This document shows, piece after piece, positions 53,020 to 64,000 of a DNA stretch of 64,000 bases. Every line of letters starts with the position of its first letter. Positions within the stretch are counted from its first letter, which is position 1. The notes below the pieces were generated by a model. The model did not search any database. It saw only the letters and a list, made by a program, of their open reading frames with translations, and was not told the DNA's origin. The position numbers and the translations under genes were made by a program. Origin of the DNA: Octopus vulgaris. Lineage: Eukaryota. The stretch spans positions 75,206,001 to 75,270,000 of the forward strand of contig OX597822.1 of the NCBI GenBank assembly GCA_951406725.2, in the 5' to 3' direction.

Positions 53020-54193
53020 TAAGCAAGCTAATTACCACACAGCTATCCCTACAGACTTGTCATGAACATGTTAAGATGCGTTGAGTGTGGTTAGGGTGTT
53101 GCATTCACGATCTCAAGGCCGTGGTTTCGATTCCCAAACTAAGAGGTGTTCATGAGTATAACGCTTCCCTTCGCATTGCTCCAGTCCACTCTGCCGTAAA
53201 CGAGGAACTTTGTGATGGACTGGCGTCCCTTTCAGTTATACACATCTCCAAGTGGCTAGAGTAGCGGACTCGCGGTCGAGAGATCGTGGGTTCGAATCTC
53301 AGACCGGGCGATGTGTGTGTTTATGAGCGAAACACCTAAGCTCCACGCGGCTCCAGCATAAGGTAATGGTGAACTTCTGCTGACTCTTTCGCCATAACTT
53401 TCTCTCACTCTTTCCTCCTGCATCTTGCAGCTCACCTGCGACGAACCGGCGTCCCGTCCAGGTGGGGAACCTATACGCCAAGGAAACCGGGAAACCGGCA
53501 CTAATGAGCCAGGCAGGGCTCAAGAAGGAACAAACAAGATAATCAAACCAAACTTTCATAATTTCGACCCATTCACCAAATGAATATTTCTGGCAAATGC
53601 GCTGAAAATCCGTTCAGTCGTTTTCCTGTCATTTTGCAAACACACAGACAAAAACGAATGATTACAATAACCTGCTTTCGCTTACGCGAGCAGGGTAATA
53701 AGAATTTCTTGACGTGACAGCACATTCATTCGATGAAAATCGCGTGTGTCTACAGCCATTATCACTTATAGAGTCACTATCTTTTTTTGTATTTCATTCC
53801 GTCAATAGTTTACTCTCGCTTGTGTCTCGTAACAAAAACAAAAACAAAAAAAAAAACCCAGTTTTTTCATTTATTTTGTCGCAAATGTTTCATTTAGTCG
53901 TATTTTTCGTTTTCTGTATTTTGGGAAAGTATTATTATTTTGTTGTTGTAAGATGCCATTATATCCGAGGTAAAAGCTAAAATATTAAAAGACCCACTTT
54001 CTTTGCTTATATTAGTGAAAATAAACTTCGAACCTGCTCAGGATGTCCTATTTTACATTATTTACATGAATGAAAAGAGTATTTTCATCCACGTTCGTGA
54101 ACGATAAAATATCCAAGCTGTCTAATTCAAGAAAGGCATCTTGACAAGTCGGTAAGGGGTAATAATAATAATAATAATAATAACAACAACAAC

Positions 54194-54237
<44 letters not shown>

Positions 54238-54239
<2 letters not shown>

Positions 54240-54613
54240 GCTTTCTAATTGATGTATCAATACCGGCAGATGACAACGTGTCTCTAAAAGAAATGGAGAA
54301 ACTCTCAAAATACAAAGACTGGAAATAGAGGTAACTAGAATGTGGAATCTGAAAACAGAAACAATTCCTATCATAGTAGGTGCATTAGGCATTATAAAAA
54401 AATATTCAGATAAATACATAACAAAAACACCAGGATTTACAAACACATATAACATACAGAAAATTGCACTACTAGGCACTGCACACATCTTACGCAGAAC
54501 ACTTTCCATACAATAACCATCAGAGCATCACAACAAATCACAGCACATACCCAAGGCACACAGAGCTGCGCTCGGTAGTGAAGTGAAAGCACGCTATAAA
54601 AATAAAACTACTG
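54238..54613 (+). mobile_element. R4/Dong-like LINE 3' fragment, second copy of the 47-kb family
   Basis: CFLIDVSIPADDNVSLKEMEKLSKYKD...IPIIVGALG...IALLGTAHILRRTLS. (TAA)n flanks. Confidence 0.8.
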
Positions 54614-54637
54614 AATAATAATAATAATAATAATAAA

Positions 54638-54870
54638 GGCGGTGAGCTGGCAGAAACGTTAGCACGCCGAGCGAAATGCGTAGCCGTATTTCGTCTGCCG
54701 TTACGTTCTGAGTTCAAATTCCGCCGATGTCGACTTTGACTTTCATCCTTTCGGGGTCGATTAAATAAGTACCAGTTACGCACTGGAGTCGATATAATCG
54801 ACTTAATCCGTTTGTCTGTCCTTGTTTGTCCTCTCTGTGTTTAGCCCCCTGTGGCCAATAAAGAAATATA
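54638..54870 (+). mobile_element. SINE family A, near-consensus copy
   Basis: Full head and body with CpGs retained. Confidence 0.85.
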
Positions 54871-54884
54871 TAAATAATAATACG

Positions 54885-55065
54885 TAGGCGATAGCATCAC
54901 TTCAGTATGGAGCGGGAATTATAAAATGGCAAAAGAGAGAAATGAAGAAAATGGATAGCAAGACCAGAAAAATGTTGACAGTACACGGAGCCTTCCACCC
55001 TCAGATTGACACTGATAGGCTGTACTTGTCCAGAAGAAAGGGTGGGAGAGGTTTGATCAGGCTGG
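54885..55065 (+). mobile_element. R4-like LINE internal fragment
   Basis: YGAGIIKW....KKMDSKTRKMLT.HGAFHPQIDTDRLYLSRRKGGRGL. Confidence 0.7.
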
Positions 55066-55908
55066 ATACGTGAATTGAAACAAGTTTTCTATTTTTTCAA
55101 CAACAAATATAAAAGCTTACTGGAATCAACAATCATCGGTTGATGTTGCATTAAAATTGTTATTTGGAGAAATGTTTTAATTGATATGTTTCTGGAAGTA
55201 GTTCGTGAAGTATCTGAAAGAGGGAGGGGGTGAAAGAGAGGGATAGAGAGAGATGGGTAGATACAGATAGATAATTAGAAAGAAAGCGAGAAAGAGAGAG
55301 AAAGAAAGAAAGGAGGAGAGAGAAATAGGGAACGTTATACTGTCGTGTTTAAAAACACTATCGCGCAATGAATCAACAATTGTTATCTATAATTGAAATC
55401 AGCCATAATAAAAGAAAGTTGAAAATCACATTTCGATGAAAATATAAAATTAGAATCGTTAAGAATTTTCTAGACGGAGCACACTTTAATAATTGTTTGT
55501 ATTATAGTACATTGTTGTGTCATTCAAAACATTTTATTCTTTACACTTTAATAATTTTGTTTTTGTAACTTACATAGCGATACCTAATTTATACGCAGCT
55601 TTCTTTAATATCCTGTAGATCTCTGAAACTGGTGAGGATGGTCCTGGTTGGAACACTTTAATAATAGGTCTGCTCGGTAGCGGTTAACTCGAGGCTAAAC
55701 TGCCACACGTGTTTCTCTTCCAATGTGTTTTCTTTCTTTTGTTTCATTTTTCCGTTTCCTTCCTTCCTTCCTTCCTTCTTTCCCCCTCTCTCTCCATCCT
55801 CCCTCTCTCATCCTCTCATCTCTTTCTTTCCTTTCTTTTCCCCTTCTTTTTCTCTTTCTTCTCAAGACACCTTTCTGTCTCCTCTTTGCCCTTGTATACA
55901 TACATACA

Positions 55909-55995
<87 letters not shown>

Positions 55996-56183
55996 TGCTT
56001 GCTTGTTGCTATTTTTGCTGCTATCGTTTTCCGCCTTCTCCTTCTCCCCTTCTCTTTGAATGCCTTCTAAACCCATTGTCCCTGGTGGTGCCTTAACCAA
56101 ATTTCACATTCTCTAGATGGACAGGCTGATACACAACGGATACATAATGTATCGTTGATTCGATCCGTGCACTGAATTAAAAT

Positions 56184-56184
56184 A

Positions 56185-56233
<49 letters not shown>

Positions 56234-56518
56234 GGTAGTAGTAGTGGTGGTAGTAGTAGTGGTGGTAGTAGTAGTGATGATATGGAGGTGATCGTAGTTG
56301 TAGTGGTGGTGTTGTTACTATGGTGGTGGTGGTCGTCGTGGTGGTGGTAGTTGTTGCGGAAGTAGTAGTAGTGGTGGCGCTGGTAATAGTGGTAGCAGTG
56401 ATGGTAGTGGTGGTGGTGGTGGGAGTAGTGGTAGTGGTGGTGCTGGTGATAATGGTGGTGGTGGTATTGGTGGTGGTATTAGTGGTAGTGGTGGTCTGGT
56501 GATAGTGGTGGTAGTAAT
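56184..56518. repeat. (TAG)n/(TGG)n trinucleotide microsatellite
   Basis: Seen directly. Confidence 0.9.
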
Positions 56519-56959
56519 ATTCTAAAGTGCTGAAGCAATGGTTGCGTTGGTTGTAATGTTGATGATGATGATGGTGTTGTATGTGTAACGTTAAAGATAA
56601 TGGCGATGTTATGGTGTGGTGGGGTGATATAATGCTAAAACGCAAGCATATATGTGACACACACATATACATATGTATGTATGTATGCATAAAGATCGTG
56701 GGTAAGGCCAAAGCAATGCGAAGTAAATGCAAGGTAAATCACATGAAAACAAATATGTGAATTAATGTAGACTTACCTTGTATTCAATATTTCGGGGTTA
56801 TGAGCCCATTTTCAAGAAATTGACGAATGTTTGCCGATGTCGGTCGCCTTGCAATTGTTCGATTGAACTTGGAACAAGATTAGTGGAGTGGGAGTTAAAC
56901 TTTTAGAAAGTTGAAAAATAAGGGCCACTCTAATGTCCATATTGCAGAAAGGATTCCTT

Positions 56960-57290
56960 CCAATATTCTTTAGTGGTGAAATTATTATAGAAGACATTTT
57001 ATCTATGGAAGATGGGGTTCTTTGTCACACGGATAAAATGACCCTAGATTTACTAGATGAGAATGGTATTAAAAAGCTTCCGTGGCCAAGCCGGTCACCA
57101 GATATGAACCCAATTGAACACCTCTGGGGCATAATGGACAGGACACATCATAAAAAGAACAAGAAAGCATCTTTTGAGATTACTGCATGAAAATTGACAA
57201 GAAATTCCTCAAGAGAATATCCTTCATCTGATCATTTACCTGCCTAATAAGTCCTTGCATTGAAAAATGCAAGGGGCATGTCTATCAAAT
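56960..57290 (+). mobile_element. Tc1-family transposase C-terminal fragment
   Basis: MEDGVLCHT.K.T...L.ENGIKKLPWPSRSPDMNPIEHLW, the Tc1 WP..SPD.NPIE motif. Confidence 0.85.
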
Positions 57291-57405
57291 ATTAAACATT
57301 CACATTATAGCAATTAATAAATAATTTGAATGTATAATTTCAGATTTAGATAAATTTTAAAGATTATAAGGGCATCTATTTACTTCTGTCATGTGTGTGT
57401 GTGTA

Positions 57406-57440
<35 letters not shown>

Positions 57441-57655
57441 GAACTCCTATTGGAACTTACATACCATAGACAAGAAGCCTTTTTACCTATTCGATACAAT
57501 ACATCCTTTGGATAATGGTACAAGAAGTTTAACAAGCAGTATATATCTTTATCTCTATTCTCATATTTCCCTTCATAATTCCTATATCTCTCCCTTTAAA
57601 AAATAACTTCTTATAATGAACTCTACTATTTCCTTCTATTTAACTCTCTCATATC

Positions 57656-57703
57656 GTCTCTGATGATGGGACATCTTTTATATCCTTGAAATAGCTGTAA
57701 GAC
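57656..57703 (+). ncRNA. Type-I hammerhead-like motif, tandem copy 1
   Basis: GUCU-CUGAUGA-uGGGAcAU...AUaUCCUu-GAAAU-AGCU-GUA^AGAC. Stem I GUCU/AGAC. Confidence 0.6.
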
Positions 57704-57775
57704 TACCTCTCTCTTTATAAAATGCCCTAGAAATTTCACACTTGGCCTGTTGTTTCATTTCTTCATTTTATTTAA

Positions 57776-57811
<36 letters not shown>

Positions 57812-58118
57812 TTTGACTTTGCAACACTGTATATAAATTCTCTGCTGGGAATGATCAAGTTTAAAAATCTGCTAGATCTCACTCATAAGAGATTCTTACA
57901 TTGCTTATAAACTCTATTTTTGGAAGGACTCATTTTAAAATGTTGGACTTTTGGACTTTACTCATAGGATATTGGAATATTTCATATATACCATTATGCC
58001 TAAAAAATGGATTTACAACTTCAATATCCATACATATCTTGCATCTATTTTCTTTCCTTCACCTCTCTATTTTGTATCACATCTAAACTAACTATGACTT
58101 AATTTTTCCTCTCACACC

Positions 58119-58170
58119 GTCTCCGATGAAGGGATATAATTAATAAATATCCTAGAAACAGCTGTAAGAC
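58119..58170 (+). ncRNA. Type-I hammerhead-like motif, tandem copy 2
   Basis: GUCU-CCGAUGA-aGGGAUAU...AUAUCCUa-GAAAC-AGCU-GUA^AGAC. U4C core variant, palindromic stem III ACAGCUGU. Confidence 0.6.
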
Positions 58171-58334
58171 CTTCTATCTATAAATGCTCTATTATCTACA
58201 CAGCCTTGGTTTTTCTTATCTTATTACGCAAAAAATTCTTATATATATATATTTGAAACTGCACCAAGGATTTCACACATTTCCCAATATGTATATATAT
58301 ATATATTTTCTATTCTTCTCTATTTTTTTTTCCG

Positions 58335-58843
<509 letters not shown>

Positions 58844-60159
58844 CCTTATAGATATGTACGAGATATATGTGACAAACCTAATCTGCATCAATATTTCAAT
58901 AGCAGCTCACCTGGATTTCTCTTATAGCCACTCTTGACGCCGTGGATCTAATCTCGGATGTAGAATTCGGAGTTTTATTTCAATTCATTTGAGCACAACT
59001 GTGTTTTCTATACCGAGCATTGCTAGCTCTCACCTATTGTCTGTAATTCCCTACTTATCAATACATTCACACATATACACATGCTCTCTCACTCACACAT
59101 ATACTCAAACTCCCATCCAGACCTGTGTGTGTGTGTGTGTGTACACGCGTGTGCGTGCGTGCGTGTTCGTAAACGTTCATCTCGATTCACCTTTGAACAA
59201 GGAGAGCAGTGACGACAAAAGCACAATAATTTCGAGCATCACCAAATTGCTTCGATTCGATTACATAACAGTAACCATGGTAATAAAATATGAATAATGG
59301 CACACCTGTATATTCAGTCGGTTCTGATATTACACAATCAATTGTACCTCCGACCAGTGATAATTGTTTATCTTTCACCTGTACTTGAATTAATTTGATT
59401 CAATGACATACCCGTTTAGGAAGTCGAGGTCTGTTTATATCAATGAACACGTTCTTTTTCTGTTACTTTCATTAGTTGCTGACTTCATTAGTGTCTGTTT
59501 AATGACAACTGTTTAATTACAAATCCATTTCTGATTATATGGGATTGTCAGAAAAAAAATGCTTATTTGTTTCCTGTGTTATCTAAATCAGCGTGGAAAA
59601 TATTTTTTAATGTAGTGTTTTACGGTCTCTAGTGGATTGGTGGTTAAGTTATTTGGCTCACGGTAGTCAGGTCGTGAGTTCGATTCATGTCACTGCGCTG
59701 TGTCCTTGAGAAAGACACTTAAAAATACATTCACAAATATACACATGCACTTTCAGTCACACATATACTTAAGGTCCCATCCAGACCTGTATGTGTGTGT
59801 TTGTATGTGCGCATGCGTATTCGTAATGGTGGTGTGTTGTGTCCTTGGGCAAGATACTTTATTTCATGTTTCTTCAGTCCACACAGCAAAATGAATTACA
59901 TCTATAATTCAGAGAGCCAACCATGTCACACTGAGAACTATGTTAAGGGTACAAACGTCTGTGGGGGCACTCAGTCACTTGCATGTTAATCTCACGAGCA
60001 GGCTCTTCCGTTGATCGAATCAGCTGGAACCCTTATCATCGTGATCTTCGGACTGTAAGTTGGAACTATATTCTTCCTCTTCAACTTTCGTTTATCACTT
60101 TTGAACTTTGAATAAATTTTACCGATTTTCAGATATATGATGATCGAGTGTCATATTCA

Positions 60160-60352
60160 TTCTTTTACTTGTCTCAGTCATTTGACTGCGGCCATGCTGG
60201 AGCATCGCCTTTAGTCGAGCAAATCGACCCCAGGACCTAGTCTTTGTTCTATCGGTGTCTTTTGCCGAACCGCTAATTAATGGGGACGTAAACACACTAG
60301 CATCGGTTGTTGGGGGACAAACACAGACAAACACACACACACAAACACACAC

Positions 60353-60400
<48 letters not shown>

Positions 60401-60560
60401 GATGGGCTTCTTTCAGTTTCCGTCTACCAAATCCTCTCACAAAGCTTTGGTCGGCCCGAGGCTATAGTAGAAGACACTTGCCCAAGGTGGCACGCAGAAT
60501 GAACTCAGAACCATGTGGTTGGTAAGCAAACTACTTACCACACAGCCACTCCTGCGCCTA
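60160..60560 (-). mobile_element. SINE family B, full length
   Basis: Reverse-complement consensus match. Confidence 0.85.
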
Positions 60561-63351
60561 TCGAAAAAAAAAATGAGCATTTTCAACCTCTGCTTCGTAC
60601 CCCTGTCAGTGAAGGTCCCGAAGCTGCTAAACCCGCTCGAGACATTTGCACTGAGTACAGGGAAGGCGATGTTACTGAAAGAACTGCATGAAAATAGTTT
60701 TCACGCTTCAAGGATGGTGAGGAAATTCGAACTCGCAGACTCTCTGCATTTAAGCCACCTTGTTCAGTTGAGCGAAGATCGATCGAACGAGGTCAGCCAC
60801 AAAGATCCGCGTCAACCCACTTGAGAATTGGTCCAACCGTTGGGATGCTCATAGGACACCGTCACCTTCATTCAATGGGTAAGGTCCAAACGCCCCAGCT
60901 GGAGACACGGCGTGCTTCTTCATCACGTCAACACTACGTATACATATGAACCGTTTAGCTTTTATCATTAACTTGTTTCAGTTATTAGACTGCGGCCATG
61001 CTGGGACACCACCTTGATGAGTCAGCTACTTACTGTATAGTTTTTGTTAATTATCTGAACTACTGGTTTACGGAGATGTAACCAACTCAACACCGGTTGT
61101 CAAGCAATGGTGGTGGTGGCGAGACAAACACAAACAGAAAGAAACGTGCGCGCACACATGCACGGACACACACGTACAGACATACATACACGCATTTAAA
61201 CATACACGTACGCACATAGACATACGCGCACACGCACAAACGCATACACGCACGCACACACACTCACACACATACACACACTCTCTCACACACACACGCA
61301 CACATGACGGGGTTCCACTCAGCTTCAAATTCACTCACACGGCTTTGATCGGTCTAGGGTTATACAAGATAAAACTTTTAACCAAGATGCCGGGCAGTGG
61401 GATTGAACTCAAAGCCAAGTGGTTACAAAGCGTGTTTCTTAGCCACACAGCCATGCCATCCGTTTTCTGGTATTCAGTAAGTTTCTCCTCCAGGTCTTTA
61501 TTGAGGTATGAGAGTCCAATATTTCTAGAATGGCTTGAAAGATCATCGGAGTTCACTGTCGATCCATAGATTTATCTCTTCAGCTTTAACCAGTTAGGTC
61601 CGTATTGTTGCAGTTGTTGTTTAGCAGATAATGTTTAAATATACATTAAAAAAGATAGTTGGACTCATCTTCTCTTTGACTTTATTTTGAGCTTCAATTT
61701 CTCGATATCAATATATTTTGGGTCGCAACAGGAATTTCAAAAGCGAAACAATCCTTTCGTATAAGATTTCACAACGAAAGCATTTAAATTCTTTATACTC
61801 TTCGCTCAGGCAGCAGAATCGTTAGCACGCGGAGCAAAATGCTGAGCGGTGTTTCGCGCGTCTTTACGCTCTGTGTTGAAATTCCGCCGAGATCGACTTT
61901 GACTTCCATCCTTTCGGACTCGATAAAATAAGTACCAGTTGAATACTGGGGTTGATGTAATCGATTAAACTATTCCTAGGTATGAGTATAGAGAAAACTG
62001 CATCCCTTTGCCAAACCATATCGAGCCAGTGTGGTAGAGTGGGCTTATCAAACCAGTATGATCTGAAGCCGTTCTCTGGGGAAGAGAACTTGCTGAGGCC
62101 GTCGTCCTGCAGTGGACTGAACATGAGCAGTCCAATCTAATTTAATCTAATCTAATACTCTTTGCTCGTAGTACATCTATAATTACCACAGCGGTCCCAG
62201 TTACTGACACCTTGGTGTGGACGATAAACTTCACAGCAAAATAACATGATAAAAGTATATGTCTGGTTTATTATGATACATGATGTTATACATGTTACAG
62301 GCAGGTATGTTTTAGAAAAATATTTCCGTAGTGTTATTTGCGCTGTGCCCACACTTTTGACGATAAAATTACACTCAAAACTTTCCAGCATAAAATTACA
62401 ATTATCTACTCTCATCTTGCATTCAACAGATCTTGTTTGTTGAAGTAATTGGTTTGTCGTAATATAATTTAGCTCTGGGTGAAATTCGTCCCAGCATAGT
62501 TTTATTCTATCTATATACATCACAGGAGGTAGGGGTCCTTTTCGCCATTTTATAGCAATGAAACAAATGTTTATTGAATTCATAACTCCATGAAAATTGT
62601 AATTTATGATTTCACTAACGTCTATAAACACACCTAATCAGATTCTGTTTACCTTTTATCGATGTTGTTTTTCTTTCGGTTTTCTCCGGTTTTGTTCGTG
62701 TTCTAATGTCCAATCACGTTGTTCGTAGCCAATCTCTGCCTGTTGAATTCAAATCTGAAACGAATGCTGATACAATGTTGAATGAAAGGTTTCTTTTGTG
62801 GCTGTGATCAGAAGAATAAACCAGATATTTAACAAGGTTCAGAGTTCTGGCATTAATTCTCGAGATGCTATTATTCATCTCGGATACAATGAATTGTCTC
62901 CCACGCTAAAGTATGGATCTGTTCACGCCGAATGCTTATGCTTGCACCATGTATGTATGTATGTATGTATGTATGTATGTATGTATGTATGTATGTATGT
63001 ATGTATGTATGTATGTATGTATGTGTGTGTGTGTGTATGTGTGTATGTGTGTATGTGTGTTTGTGTGTATGTGTGTATGTATGTATGTATACACATACAC
63101 ACGTGTGTGTGTGTATGAATATATATATATATGTATATCTGTCTCTTCCTCTCTCCCCCTCTCTCTACTCCTCTCTCTCCCTCTCTCTACTCCCTCTCTC
63201 TCTATATATCACCTCTTCCTCTCTCTATATATATTGCCCCTTCCTCTCCTTCTCTTTCTTTTTCTCTGTCTTTTCCTCTTTTTCTCCTCTCTCTCTTTCT
63301 GTTCCCCCCTCTCCCCTCCTCTCTCTCTCATATTTGTTGTTATATGAAGCG

Positions 63352-63778
63352 AAGCGGTGAGCTGACAGAATCGTCAGTATGTCGTACAAAATGCTTAGCA
63401 GCTTTTCGTTCGTCTTCACGTTCTGAGTTCAAATTCCGCCGAGGTCGACTTTGATCTTCCTGCTTTCGGTGTTGGTAAAATAAGTACCAGTTAAGCACTG
63501 GGGTCGATGTAATCTACTCAATCCACGCCACCAAAATTTCCGGCCTTGGAGCAAAACTGGAAATCAATATTTCTACTAAAGGCACAAAGCCAGCAAGGTT
63601 GGGGGAGGGATGAAGTCGATTACATCGACCCCAGTTTTTCACTGGTACTTAATTTACCGACCCCGAAAAGATGGATGGCGAAGCCAACCTGCGCGGAATT
63701 TGAACTCACAACGTAAAGACAGATGAAATATCGCAAAGCATTACGTCTACCGTTCTAACAATTCTGCCAGCTCGCCGC
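63352..63778. mobile_element. Two family A SINEs tail-to-tail
   Basis: 63352-63570 on +, ~63570-63778 on -. Confidence 0.8.
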
Positions 63779-64000
63779 TCTATGTTAAGTTATAATAAAA
63801 ACAACATTACTTTAAAATGTAGGATGACTCAGTATACTTTGTAGTGTACGAGTTTTTTTTATTCTTTTACAAAAATGATATTGACACTGACTTCGAAGTG
63901 TTAGCCAGCTAATACATCATCGGATGGTGGTGCATTTGAGTTTGTATTGGATATATATAGTGAAAATTTTCTGAGATAGGCATAGCTCTGCTGAGTGATA

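Noticed and set aside
60590-60930. Possible decayed LINE fragment
   Set aside because: Only a weak VTVSYE-like motif, insufficient for a call.

Overview
Repeat-rich animal genomic DNA, most likely an octopus/cephalopod (inferred from the SINE families and microsatellite density). One protein-coding gene is supported: a two-coding-exon MSANTD3-like Myb/SANT DNA-binding protein (+; 18905-20486 joined to 37711-38105 across a 17.2-kb phase-1 GT-AG intron, 658 aa). The rest is tRNA-derived SINEs (at least 4 families), LINE relics (CR1-like, L1/Tx1-like, RTE-like, TAA-targeting R4/Dong-like), Tc1/mariner relics, MITEs, a tRNA-Leu pseudogene and microsatellites. The most notable signal is a set of about 10 type-I hammerhead-ribozyme-like motifs in several repeat contexts: a canonical copy, a back-to-back palindromic pair, a tandem pair 467 nt apart and one inside a tRNA-headed fold-back element. 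Also notable are a transposon-flanking inverted duplication containing a multi-layer nested insertion, and long intronic inverted repeats. All calls are by eye. Coordinates of degenerate repeats are approximate.
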